Origin: Zygnema circumcarinatum SAG 698-1b
Taxonomy: Eukaryota > Plantae > Zygnematophyceae
DNA length: 64,000 bases
Direction of reading: 5' to 3'
Assembly (NCBI GenBank): GCA_037447605.1
Contig: CM074812.1
Location: 930,001-994,000 of the forward strand
Below, piece after piece: positions 50,151-63,161 of the stretch. The translations under genes and the position numbers were made by a program. Every line of letters begins with the position of its first letter. The stretch's first letter is position 1. The notes under the pieces are model-generated. The model saw only the letters and a list, made by a program, of their open reading frames with translations, was not told the DNA's origin and did no database searches.

Positions 50151-51489
50151 CCATTGTAACAAACCCGCCCTATAGGTTCAACTCGTGACCTCCGATATTC
50201 ACCTAAGTGTTTACCATTAAAAGGCAACTCACGTGTACTTGGCCATACAACCCATGTATAGCGCTCCCACCGTGCAGGTGCACCACCGCGACGCCGTCCT
50301 TCATCGACACGTCCTCCAAACACTTCCACATCTCGCGCGGTGTCGGACCACGCGCGAAGGCGTCCCCTTCACATCATTGCAATCCCGAGCGACCGCTTTG
50401 CTGCTCACCTGCCTCCCACTTCGCAGTCCTCACGGACGAGCTGCGGCGCCTTCACCTTCCCAATCACATGACTAAGAGTCCCTTCCCTTCAAGGCACGGG
50501 GGTCAGCTGCCACTTCCATTTGCGCAGTCCGTCCCATCACGGAGGATATTAAATCACACTAGCCCGGTTTCCCCTCTCCACCACCAGCCTCCACACCACC
50601 GCCAGGGGATAGGGATGCAAGCAAATTCACCTTCCACCCTTCTCCCTCTTCACTGTCCACGGAAACTTCCCTTTGGTGGCCAGTGTCTCACCCTACCTCC
50701 ATCTAGCGCGCATACAAATAGACGAGAGGCGGACACAAAAACGAGTAAAACTTCAGATAAATCTTTATGATGACAAGCTTTCCAATCTAAGCCCCTATAA
50801 GCGGAGTTCTAAGCTTTCACCATGATCACTTCAGCTTCACGCGCTGCAGTCCACACGAAGGCCCCACAAAGGTCACCTCCTGCCAAAGCCATGCCTTCAA
50901 ACTGTCAGCCTTGCAATCACATATCATGAAGGTCGCCAACTTACACACCCACTTTACTATAAGTAAGCATGGGGCTTGCGACGCGACCATGTCACGTCAT
51001 ACTGCCCACCACTACTACAACCCCATTCAAACAACCTAAGAAGGCATTTCTGCTCCTCATCAATACATTAATCTGGCACGTACCAACACCACCGCCTGAA
51101 CCTAGACGGCCACGGCTCGACCGCCGAGCGAACTTCCCGCCGTCACCTAGAACAATGTCCCCATGCAAAACAGAGTCCCTGATTCCATTGATCGCCGCCT
51201 TTCGCCGTTGGGATCAGCCCTGTCCTTGACCGCACGCCAGGACCGACTCCCCGTGGTATCAAATGCCGGATTCTGGTGGGTTCCCGCACCCAGCCGCACG
51301 GCCGACGGTCCATGCACTGACCCATGACCGCCGCGCCGGCTCGCGCCGCGCGCACGCTGCAGCAGCTTCCGCCCCATACATGCCAGCACTGTAAGACACC
51401 CTAGGAACTACCGCCATACACGCGAATTTAAGGAGTTATGACACCAATAAAACCACGCTAGGCATAACAACGCAGCCTGAGAAGCACTC

Positions 51490-54050
51490 GCGAAGGTCAC
51501 GATGTGAGGGGACGCGTGTATGGCCGGAGTCATCAATACGGTTATGAGACGCAAACTATCAAGAGCTAACAACCGAGGTATGAAGGGACTGACGCAAGCA
51601 TGCCGCCCAGACAGTGATTAGAGATTTGTGAGGAGGCATTTTGGCCGCGAATTTGAAGAGCGACGCGCAGGCTGGCCAAGTAAGTGATTCTAAACGGGTG
51701 CCAGGCAGCCAAAAATCTTAGCAGCCATAGGAAACAAACTTGCGCTGCATCATTGGCCAGCACACGGATGCCTCGCCAAGGGCCGCATTGCGAGCAGCCA
51801 CGCTTCACGACGGCCCATGACATACGCTGACGACCGGATCGGCCACACAGCATCCCTAAATACGCCGGACTACCATCCATAAAAGCCAATCAGCGATTCG
51901 CCACGAAACAGCGCGGCCGGAAACACATGAGTGCCGCCCGCCTGCACAGCAGCGAGTCTGAGCCACCGAATAATCGCATTCGCCCAGAACATTGTCATGC
52001 AGCCTGCCGCCCCCGCTGCACATCGAAGAGACGAACGCCCTGAAAGCTAAATTGAACCACTACAACACAATGAGTGTACTGGATGCGGATGGCAGCCTCA
52101 GATGAGTCTGCGTGGAAGTGAAGTGGCTGGAAGTCAACCAAGGTGGAAAATATTGGGGTAATAGCCTAACCAAGCTTGACCTTGTGCTGGGAGACAAGAA
52201 GCGAGAGCGAGGCATGTGCACATTAGAAGGAAGAGCGCAACAAGGGGTAGAGAGCTTAAGGAGCAACAACTCTATCAGCCAAGTGCTGGACACGTGGAAC
52301 AGACTTTGATGGACAGTTGAACAAATGAATGACGAGCTAGATGCTACAACACTATGATGGCCATCACGATGATGAAGATTATACTACCTACCAAGGATGC
52401 GAGAACCGAAGCAACTGATGATTAGCCAGCAAAATGCGAAGCTAAAGAAGGTGTTGTAGTCACTATCTAAAAATGTAGTGTGCTGATATGAACGTTGGGC
52501 CAAACCGAAACGCTTGAACAGAAGCGTGCTTGGACGTAAGCTGGCTTTGGTCGTATTGAAAATACTAGGACTGAAAGTGGCGACTGACATACAGAAAACA
52601 AACGCTACATTCCAGACTCGCAATGACTCAAGGAAGCAGGACTTAGCAAGGAGAATTCGCAAGAACATCACGACCCAACAAAACTAACGAGCAAGCAAAA
52701 AAAAAGCTACTCAGATACCCAGATGCTGAAGCTCATCACCCTGAGACGTATCCTTAACCAAGCATCATCAACAAAAACGATCAACATAAGATGCACGCCA
52801 AAGGCACCCAAAACATGAATACCAATCCGACGCAGGACAATCTTGGACACCACAAGAAGCGAAGGAGATAGCTATACGAATCGGAGACCAAGCTAAAAAG
52901 ACTTTCGAGAAATTTAGTTGTCGAAATCGCAGCAAAGCGCTATCGAGGAGGAAAACTGCAGTAAACGCGCATCGACTGGCCATGAGTATGCCATCAGCGA
53001 GCATCGCCACTCATGGAAAAGTGACCGTGAAAGCCTGTCTGAGCTTTAGAGCGCATGAACGCTGTGAAGCCGACAAAACACCTCCCTAAAGGGTCGCCGC
53101 CGGCGGGTCCCGGTCGGACACTTCGACTCGCCACTCCACCAGACGCATCGCGAAGAGGAAAAGGAGCGGGTCGAACGAGACAAATGTGCGCATAAAAGAA
53201 AAAAGGGACGCAATCGGTGCAGGGCTCGGAACGCGAAAAATCTCATGACGATCCACCGCATTAAAAACGTCACATTAACCCTTGCAAAATAGTCTAATTA
53301 GGTGGACATCGAACGCCGTATCAAATTGCCATGAACTATGGCCTCCAGCGCGTGGGGTCGCTATACCAAATGGGCAGGGGAAAAAATGATCCTGAAAGGC
53401 CCCTTGCAACTGAAACACATAGTGCGAGCAACCATGTGAACCATACAAAACCTCCTCCTTACTGAGATGGCGATTTCCTCTGAGGCTTGGAAGGCAACTA
53501 AACGAGTCACGTAGTAACATGATCACGACGAGGAACACGACCCGCGAGATGACACAGGGAAGTGAAAAGCAAACCAAACCCACTATCCCCGGTGTCTCAA
53601 AAACACATCACGAGCAACTCATAAACCATGCCCGAGGCCCCCGCAGACAAATGAGGGGGCTGAGTGCGCCGAAACGAAAGCGGCACGCCGAGCACAAACG
53701 AGTCGATAGGCTTAAAAGTGTCGACGAAGGAAAGGATATCTAAAGTCGATTTGGACGGAGAGTCCGAGTGGCCATTCGCAAAGTGTCGTTGCTGTTGGCC
53801 TGCGCAAAGGGTCGAGAGCGCGAGCAGCCAGGTGCTTTGGATCGGCTGCATGATGCGCGACCATGTCCAGCGCAGCGCCCTCGAGCAGGCGGAACGAGCG
53901 GCGGAGATGACAGAACACGATGTTGATCAGCTTGTCCGGTGGTGGAGACTCTCCAACCCATCAAAAAATGAAGACATCGCCGCGGGGTCCGCGAACGGCG
54001 CCGCCACCACGAGAAACTCAAAAATCTGAAGGCAAAGAAGAGTAACATCG
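51490..54050 (+). pseudogene. Possible highly decayed LINE-like reverse transcriptase region
   Basis: TACGCTGACGAC (YADD) at about 51822; a GVP(Q)GS-like string at about 51695; AAATATTGGGGT (KY(L)G-like) at about 52148. Frameshifted throughout. Confidence 0.3.
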
Positions 54051-54399
54051 AAGCAGGACATTTAACGGATCACACGCAAGACGAGTAACAGCAACGCAAA
54101 GTATTATGAACACAAACACATGCAAAACCTCGCTGCATACGATGACGAGACGACGGGACCCAACAAAAAACGACCCAAGGACATCTAAAGACTGAGCATA
54201 CGCCCAAGCAGCCGGACTAGGCCCAACATGCAAAGTAGACCCAAGGGTGGCAGTGACGGGTAGAGAAGAAGAGGGAGTAGAAGAAGACTCTTCACAACTG
54301 GAGAGGACGACAGACATGCACATGCCGGGTACAGTTGCAACCCTGGCCAAAACAAGTCCCAGACTGATCACAGGAACCGGGGGCAGCTGGCGGAGAACT

Positions 54400-55330
54400 G
54401 GCAGGGGAAGAAGGAAAGAGGGAAGAACGGAGATAGGAGGGGGAGAGCAGAGAGGAAGGATGACAAGGCAAGGGGGTGGGAGGGGGAAGGGGTCGAGGGT
54501 GAGCGACGAAGAGGCATGACGGAGAGGAGGGAAATGATGAGGGAAGGAAGCGGGGTGGCGGGGGAGGAGAAGGGAGGGAGGGAGGAAGAGAAGGGAAGGG
54601 ACGGGAGGGGAGGGAGAGGAAGGAAAGGAATGGTGAAGAGGAATAAGGGTACGGAAGAAGGGAAAGGGGAAAGGATAAGGGAAGGGGATGGAAGGGAAGG
54701 GGTAGAGGAAGGGGAGGGAAAGAAAGGGAGAGGAGGCGGGGGGGGGGAGGAAGGGGAGGGAAGAGGAGGGAAGAGGAGGGACAGGAAAGAGAGGAGAGAA
54801 GGGAGAAGAAAGGGGGGAATACGGGAAAGGAAGGGGATGGGAAAGGAAGGGAGGAGGGAAAGGAAAGGAGAGGAGGAGAAACGGGGAGGAAAGAGGGAAG
54901 GGGGGGGAGAGGGGGGGGGGGGGGGGGGGAGAAGGAAAAGGAAGGGGCAGGACAAAGGAAGGGATTGGAAGGGAAGGGATAGGGAAACAGAGGTGGAGGA
55001 ACAAGGAAGGAAGGAAAGGAAAGGGACCAGGGAGGCGACGGGAAGGGAGAAGGGAAAGGTAGGAGAAACAGCAGAAAAAGGGTGGAAAGGGCATAAAAGG
55101 CGAGAGCAGCTCAAAAAGAAGAAGCACAAGGACGAAGAGACGCAAAGGGGGAGACAAAAGGGAAAACGCAACACAGCAAGACAAGCTACGGCAGAAAATG
55201 TCAGAAAACAAGGCGAGAAACGTTAGAACAGAAAAAACCGCAGCAAAACAGCAGCAAAACAACCAAAAACAAAAAACAAAAAACGAAAAGAAGCACAAAC
55301 AACAAAAACAGAGCAATGCAGCAAGACACG
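54400..55330. repeat. Purine-rich low-complexity tract (GGGAA/GGAAA, A-rich)
   Basis: Almost no T on the + strand; source of several spurious ORFs. Confidence 0.9.
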
Positions 55331-57632
55331 CGACAGGAAAACGCAAAGACAACGACAAGAGGCTGCCACGTGGCCGCGGCAGAGGCAGCGGCAGCAGGCG
55401 CAACGGTCGGAAGCGCCGTTCGCGGGGCCTAGAGTCTATCAGAGGTAAAGAGGAGACTAAGACTGTTCTTAGGGTTTTTAGGGTTTTTAGGAATACACGC
55501 GTGTGAACTGAAGGGAGTAAACACAGTGCCGTACATTATTGATATTTCTTCTCGTAAATCAATCTCGAAGGGACATAGATCAATGAGTGTGGGTTCATGT
55601 TTCATGGTCAGCACTAGTAGAGGTACAACAGACAGGGTAACAGACCCAGTTTCGACATTAGGATGGTCCACATTAGATAGGATGAACGAAACAATGGAGG
55701 CACAGAAGGGTAAAATGTTCACTACCTGCTCTATTCGGAACTACAGTAGAGAGTCTTCTCCCAGTGGGGACTCTTCCCAAACAATATTTCGTATTCAGGG
55801 TGAATCGCCATTGGAAGACGCTCTTGCAAAAAGTCGTGCCAAGAATGCAGTAAACCGGAGGATGTAGGAGTTTAGTAGAGGGGGGCAGACAGTGAATTGG
55901 GAAATAGAATCTGAGTTAATTTCGAGTATCTAATCCCAGTCGATGCGCAAGACCTCCATGATATCATTCTAATCAACGACGAACAACTGAGTAAGTGGTT
56001 ACTCAAAATCTGAGGGGGGTCAAAGCGCCCGCTAGCTCCTCCCTGGGTCCGTCGCTAGCAGGTCGAGGATAAGCATGCAGGTACAAAGGTATGGGCAAGC
56101 TGATGCAGGATGTAGATGCGACCATATGCCATCAGTCACAGCTGGGTGAAGCTTCATTTCCTTCCAAGAAAAGGAAGGCCTTCAAGAGGGGAATTACAGT
56201 ACTGATTTCGCCCCAGCTCTGACCTGTACCAATATTCTCCAAGATTTTGATCCAAGTTCGTACTGTGGTTCGATCATACACTTTACATTAGTGCACATTC
56301 ATGGTTTGATATGCCAAAGCCTTGCCCAATCCTTGGCTTTCTNNNNNNNNNNGAAAAACAGCAGAAAAAGGGTGGAAAGGGCATAAAAGGCGAGAGCAGC
56401 TCAAAAAGAAGAAGCACAAGGACGAAGAGACGCAAAGGGGGAGACAAAAGGGAAAACGCAACACAGCAAGACAAGCTACGGCAGAAAATGTCAGAAAACA
56501 AGGCGAGAAACGTTAGAACAGAAAAAACCGCAGCAAAACAGCAGCAAAACAACCAAAAACAAAAAACAAAAAACGAAAAGAAGCACAAACAACAAAAACA
56601 GAGCAATGCAGCAAGACACGCGACAGGAAAACGCAAAGACAACGACAAGAGGCTGCCACGTGGCCGCGGCAGAGGCAGCGGCAGCAGGCGCAACGGTCGG
56701 AAGCGCCGTTCGCGGGGCCTAGAGTCTATCAGAGGTAAAGAGGAGACTAAGACTGTTCTTAGGGTTTTTAGGGTTTTTAGGAATACACGCGTGTGAACTG
56801 AAGGGAGTAAACACAGTGCCGTACATTATTGATATTTCTTCTCGTAAATCAATCTCGAAGGGACATAGATCAATGAGTGTGGGTTCATGTTTCATGGTCA
56901 GCACTAGTAGAGGTACAACAGACAGGGTAACAGACCCAGTTTCGACATTAGGATGGTCCACATTAGATAGGATGAACGAAACAATGGAGGCACAGAAGGG
57001 TAAAATGTTCACTACCTGCTCTATTCGGAACTACAGTAGAGAGTCTTCTCCCAGTGGGGACTCTTCCCAAACAATATTTCGTATTCAGGGTGAATCGCCA
57101 TTGGAAGACGCTCTTGCAAAAAGTCGTGCCAAGAATGCAGTAAACCGGAGGATGTAGGAGTTTAGTAGAGGGGGGCAGACAGTGAATTGGGAAATAGAAT
57201 CTGAGTTAATTTCGAGTATCTAATCCCAGTCGATGCGCAAGACCTCCATGATATCATTCTAATCAACGACGAACAACTGAGTAAGTGGTTACTCAAAATC
57301 TGAGGGGGGTCAAAGCGCCCGCTAGCTCCTCCCTGGGTCCGTCGCTAGCAGGTCGAGGATAAGCATGCAGGTACAAAGGTATGGGCAAGCTGATGCAGGA
57401 TGTAGATGCGACCATATGCCATCAGTCACAGCTGGGTGAAGCTTCATTTCCTTCCAAGAAAAGGAAGGCCTTCAAGAGGGGAATTACAGTACTGATTTCG
57501 CCCCAGCTCTGACCTGTACCAATATTCTCCAAGATTTTGATCCAAGTTCGTACTGTGGTTCGATCATACACTTTACATTAGTGCACATTCATGGTTTGAT
57601 ATGCCAAAGCCTTGCCCAATCCTTGGCTTTCT
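55066..57632. repeat. About 1.29-kb tandem duplication (55066-56342 and 56356-57632) across an N gap; probable assembly artefact
   Basis: ORFs 55526-55867 and 56816-57157 are identical (offset 1290); the junction is exactly the 10-N gap. Confidence 0.85.
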
Positions 57633-57912
57633 GCCTTTTCCGCATTTGTCAATGGACAATCTGTCGTCCTGTTTCGTAAGTTCCACGAGGGTTTAAAAGG
57701 GGAAGTCCAAGACTATAGACAATAGATATGCACGGGATGCATAGATCAGGTAGAACTGAGAGCATCGAACACAAACCCTCACCATTTTCAGGGGACATCA
57801 CATCGACAAAAAGTTGAGCTTTAACAATTGCCTTCCTTGGTACAAGCAGCAACGGAGCCCAACAGTGCGCTCAGCAGAGACAGGCCTCCCTCAGACCATG
57901 CGAGAGAGCAAC

Positions 57913-60900
57913 TCAGGCAGCGACGGCCTCTGTGATGGGGAACTCGAATGTGACCTCCTTGCCCGTCAGCTTCTTGTACACCCCCCCAAACGTCTCCAGC
58001 TTGTACTCAGTGCTGTTCCGCTCCTTCGGATCAAGATACACCTGCTCCAACAAGAGCTTGTTCTCCACTGCTTAGCGTTGTGGTTAACCTTGAAAGGTAA
58101 TAAAACAGTTCAAACGACAAGCTCCAAAAACCCACCAGCACAAACCCCCCCAGATTCTTGGAAGCTCTCCCTAAAAGAGTGCATCGGGGAGGCAGAGTTC
58201 CTAAACTAGGCTCACCCGCATAATGCGTGAACCATCGAGGCGGAAGCGCACACGCTTGCCCACAATCTCAGTGGGGAAGACCAGGTCCTCCAGAATGGCC
58301 TCGTGAACAGCAGTCAGCGTGCGGCTGCGCGGGCGGGTTGCAGCCGATCCCTTCTTTGGAGGCTTCATTATCCGGCGGGTGGCCACAATAACAACATCCT
58401 GCAAGCCACCATCCAGATGTGCAAAGAAATATTTACAAGTGTGCACCAGGGGAATTCAACATACGAATGGGATAGAGTGTAAGGAGACAGGAGGAGACAG
58501 TGGGGACGAAAGAAGAAAGCGAATGATACTACATTCGATGAATTAACTGGAGAAACGTGAAGTTCAGAAACTCTACAAGGGTATGGGGCCACACGTTCAG
58601 AAGGAAGCAGGAAAAGGTGCAAACTACTTGTCTAGGCTAAAACCGAGTTTGAATCCTCTCTAACTTCAGCACAAGTGAAAATTGAGGCTGACCTTAGAAG
58701 CACATACAAATGAAGTATCTACGTTAACCTAACAAACACTGACACAAATGGGTGTAAAGACGAGTTAGAATAATAGTGATTCAAAAAGGATAAGACTGTA
58801 CTAACTTTGCCACTGAATTTCTTCTCAAGCTCCCGTACAAGCCGTGCATGAATCTTCTGGAAGGCCTTCCTCAAACGGTAGGGGACATGTACAATAATGG
58901 CCTTCCGGCTGCTAGACACATCAATCTCCCTGTTCCAGCTCATTCACAGAGAAGAAATACAAAAGTGCACCTCAGTATACCAGATTTCATAGTTTTACCA
59001 CAGGGTTTCTGATACCATCTACTGCCGGACACAAAGTGCACAACAGACCTAGAGCAGACGTGACCACAACTAAGTACCCAAATCTACCATTAGTTTTCAA
59101 ACTCTATTTCTCACCAGATGGCTTCCATTGACAAGTTCGACTCGAAACTGTAGCTACCCTTTCCTAACGGTCTATCGAAGAGGCACTCGAGTACAGCAAA
59201 GAACCCCAATCTCCGTCTTGCAATCCAACTCGAGATACAAGTAATACACCTTTACATTTGCGTTTCAAAATGAGTCAAATTACATGAGAAGACCAAGCTC
59301 ACCTGGCTGAGTTGATGTACAAATCACGCAGGTCGCTTTTCAGCTCTTGGTTGGTGGCCTCCAAGTCAAACAATGCCTGAACAACGCAAAGACATACACA
59401 TGAGGAAATCGGCCTTGGCTCTCGTGCTCCCGTAGATAAGCAAAAAGTCAACACCCCAAAGTCCATCCCATAAACATCACAGCAAACTCTCTGATCAATC
59501 AAAAAGAGGAAAATGGCTGAGGCCTTCAAGATAAATGTCAAACCACAACCCTCATATTACCCTGACTATGTATAGCACAAGGAGACACGCGGAATCTGTG
59601 ATAAGCTAAACAATCCGAGTTCTATCTGGATCAGACTGACGTGCAAATGTGTCAATCCTCACAATGGGGCAAGCCCAAATAGGACTGGGGCGACAAAGGT
59701 CATCATCATATCCAGCATCAGATTTGGTGTGTGCCACTGATCAAATTGCTGAACCCACATATGCTTTCTAGGGTGCAGCAAACTCACACAGCCTAGCAAC
59801 TCACAGTTTCACTAACATAGCGTCAGCCAAAACAGCACATGCAAGGTATAAGGAAAGCCATAGCCCTTATCTTTCTATAAAAATGACAGGGTAAAAGGGG
59901 CATCTATTCCCTTATACGAAAACAAAATGGCAGGACCAACCTATGCCCGCTAAGTCTTATACGAGCTGAACGGTTGAAGAATCAGCATTCGACATCAAAC
60001 GAGCCTCATAAACTGCCCAGGCCTTCAAGATGATGGAGCAACAACGATATTTATAAAGGACTAGCTCTGTTACGGTAAGATAGCCCTTATCATCATTACA
60101 AACAGGCGGAATACTTAAACTTCTGAGGCAAAACAGCTTAAAAATTAAAAAAATAGCCGCCTGAGTATTGGATCAGACTGACGTGCAAATGTGTCAATCC
60201 TCATAATGGGCGAGCCCAAATAGGACTGGGGCGACAAAAGTCATCATCATATCCAGCCTCATAAAAATCTCTTTACGAGCTTAACGGTTGAGAATCAGCA
60301 TTCGACATCAAAAAAAGACTCATAAACTGCCCAGGCTTCTAAGACGATCAAGCAACAACGATACAGGACTAGCTCTGTTACGGTAACATAGCTCTTATCC
60401 TCACTACAAAACAAGCAGAATACTTGGACTTCTGAGGCAAAACCGTATAAAAACTAAAACCTAGTTGCCTGGGTATTGGATCAGACTGACGTGCAAATGT
60501 GTCAATCCTCACAATGGGCAAAGCCCAAATAGGACTGGGGCGACAAAAGTCATCATCATATCCAGCATCCGACAAATCTTTTTACGAGCTTAACGGTTGA
60601 AGAATCAGCATTCGACATCAAAAAAAGCCTCATAAACTGCCCAGCCTTCTAAGACGATCGAGCAACAACGATACAGGACTAGCTCTGTTCCGGTCAGATA
60701 GCTCTTATCCTCACTACAATAGAAGCAGAATATTTGGATTTCTGAGGCAAGACCGTATAGAAACTAAAACATAGCCGCCTGGGTATTGGATCAGACTGAC
60801 GTGCAAATGTGTCAATCCTCACAATGGGGCAAGCCCAAATAGGACTGGGGCGACAAAGGTCATCATCATATCCAGCATCAGATAAGACTTTATACGAACT

Positions 60901-62707
60901 TAACGGTTGAAAAATCAGCATTCGACATAAAAAAGCCTCATAACGGCCTGGGCCTTTAAGACGATAGAGCAACAACGATATTTGACCAGGACTAGCTCTG
61001 TTATCGTAAGATAGCTCCTATCCTTACCACAAAACGAGCAGAATACTTGATTTCTTAGGCAAAACAGCATAAAAACTAAAACGTTAGCCGCCTGAATATT
61101 GGGTCAGACTAACGTGCAAATGTGTCAATCCTCATAATGGGCGAGCCCAAATAGGACTGGGGCGACAAAGGTCATCATCATATCCAGCATCAGATAAGGC
61201 TTTATACGAACTTAACGGTTGAAAAATCAGCATTCGACATAAAAAAGCCTCATAACTGCCTGGGCCTTTAAGACGATCGAGCAACAACGATATTTGTCCA
61301 GGACTAGATATGTTATCGTAAGGTAGCTCCTATCCTTACCACAAAACAAGCAGAATACTTGATTTCTTAGGCGAAACAGCATAAAAACTACAACATTAGC
61401 CGCCTGAATATTGGGTCAGACTGACGTGCAAATGTGTCAATCCTCATAATGGGCGAGCCCAAATAGGACTGGGGCGACAAAGGTCATCATCATATCCAGC
61501 ATCAGATAAGGCTTTATACGAACTTAACGGTTGAAAAATCAGCATTCGACATAAAAAAGCCTCATAACTGCCTGGGCCTTTAAGACGATCGAGCAACAAC
61601 GACATTTGTCCAGGACTAGATATGTTATCGTAAGGTAGCTCCTATCCTTCCCACAAAACAAGCAGAATACTTGATTTCTTAGGCAAAACAGCATAAAAAC
61701 TACAACATTAGACGCCTGAATATTGGTCAGACTGACGTGCAAATGTGTCAATCCTCATAATGGGCGAGCCCAAATAGGACTGGGGCGACAAAGGTCATCA
61801 TCATATCCAGCATCAGATTAGGCGTCTCCTACTATTCGAATTGCTCACCACCTAAGCTTTCAAGGGTGCAGCAAAATCACAAAGCCTAGCGACTCACATT
61901 GAACTAACGTAGCATAAGCCAACAAGTGCACATGTAAGGTGTAGGTAAAGAAATAGCCCTATCAGAGTAACAGCGCAATAGGGGCATCCGTTCCTTTACA
62001 CGAAGCAAAACGCAGAAGTAAAATTCCGCATCTAATTCCAGTAGCCTAGACTGTTGATAACAGCATATTCAGTTTAGCTTCCACCTGACCAATGTGCAGA
62101 TGTGTCGTTCCACACAACGGAGCAACCCCAATTAGGCGACGAGGTCATCCTCTACCTATACCAGCTAAGTCTTTTAAGAAGCTTACGGTTGAAGTATCAG
62201 CATTCGGCAAAGCCTCCCGAACTGCACAGTTCTTTCAGACGATCGAGTAGCAACAATACTTATGCAGGACTGGCCCTGTTATGGTAAGATAGCTACTATC
62301 CTTCACTACAAAACAAGCAGAACGCTTGAACTTCAGAGGCAAAACCGCAAAAGAACTAAAACAGTAGCCGCCTGGGTATTGGATCAGACTGACGTGCAAA
62401 TGTGTCAATCCTCATAATGGGCGAGCCCAAATAGGACTGGGGCGACAAAGGTCATCATCACCTCCAATACTCAAACCTTCCTGGCATGATTGATCGATTG
62501 ATCAACCAAAAAATGTGTGACAAAACTTAAATACTGTTCACCATTTAAACCCTCTTAACTCCCTTCACCTTCCCCAAGCTCACGCTCTCCTCCTCTCACA
62601 TTTAATGCAAGCGGTGCATGCATGCAGCTCACCTGAGCCACCGTTTCCTCCAATTCATCAGGTTCCAACCCCTTCTCCTTTTGAATCTTCCTCCGTGCTG
62701 TTAACAT
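57913..62707 (-). CDS. RPS7: 40S ribosomal protein S7 (eS7); exons 62633-62707, 59303-59376, 58806-58929, 58216-58398, 57913-58041 (194 aa)
   Basis: [25 protein letters not shown]|[25 protein letters not shown]|EIDV...[13 protein letters not shown]|[10 protein letters not shown]...[28 protein letters not shown]|[18 protein letters not shown]; all junctions are GT-AG and in frame. Confidence 0.97.
59627..62466 (-). ncRNA. Intronic box C/D snoRNA array: copies at 59627-59714, 60169-60255, 60477-60564, 60787-60874, 61100-61186, 61412-61498, 61724-61809 and 62380-62466; decayed copy at about 62085-62165
   Basis: Sense unit UGGAU-AUGAUGA(C)-...-UUGUCGCCCCAGUC-...-AUGAGGA(C')-...-AUUUGCACGUCAG-U-CUGA(D)-UCCA with a terminal stem. 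The guides are complementary to the conserved LSU rRNA motifs CUGACGUGCAAAU and GGCUGGGGCGGCA (recalled). Same strand as RPS7. Confidence 0.85.
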
Positions 62708-63161
62708 GGTGCTGCAGCCCCGCGTCCTGTAGAAACAAAGCAGCGCACTAGACCATTAGGAGAAGCTGAAAAAGCGTCTCATATGGTGCAGTAAAAACTC
62801 TGGCACGTGAGAACAAGAGACTGAATCATAGGAAAACAGAGATACCCAAAAAAAATGCCTGGTGAGTGCAACTTGAGATGAGTTTCTGAAGAAGTTTGCA
62901 ATGTGGGGGATGCAACATGAGCACTTGATTCCCTTCCGTTGAGGAAGAGAACTGCTGCTGAACTGGCTCAATTACATGCCAAACCTGAACCTTCAAGAGG
63001 TTTGGCGGAAACTGAGTGAACAGAGAGCCTCAAACCCTGCTAAAACTTTGGGCCCATGCTTCCAGACTTCGAATTGTGGGTCCAAAATGGACCACCAGGA
63101 AAGCACACTCTGTTTTCGTATGGTCGCATCAACATCACCAGCAGGGTACATCAACGCAGTA

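Larger units (their letters stand above)
41873..51448 (-). mobile_element. Nest of Ty3/Gypsy chromodomain retrotransposons; outer LTR family A (41873-42817 and about 50600-51448)
   Basis: Homologous LTRs (gcaaattcaccttccaccc, gatgacaa(a)gctt...gctttcacca(c)atgatcac); PPT at about 42818-42826; degenerate integrase/chromodomain remnants at 42830-43640; probable TSD AAAAC. Confidence 0.65.

Noticed and set aside
55468-55492. TTTTTAGGG repeats as an interstitial telomere
   Set aside because: Only about 2.5 units; too short to support a chromosome-end or fusion claim.
54018-55506. 461-aa hydrophobic/Pro-rich ORF and Lys/Gln-rich antisense ORFs
   Set aside because: Low-complexity purine tract; no domain signature.
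55066-57632. 1.29-kb tandem duplication as a biological gene duplication
   Set aside because: The copies appear identical and meet exactly at a 10-N scaffold gap, so an unmerged contig overlap is the simpler explanation.
59960-62378. Identification of the second intronic block as U14, U3 or snR30/U17
   Set aside because: The diagnostic motifs I recall (U14 domains A/B, U3 boxes A/B, U17 m1/m2) are not present in proper form.
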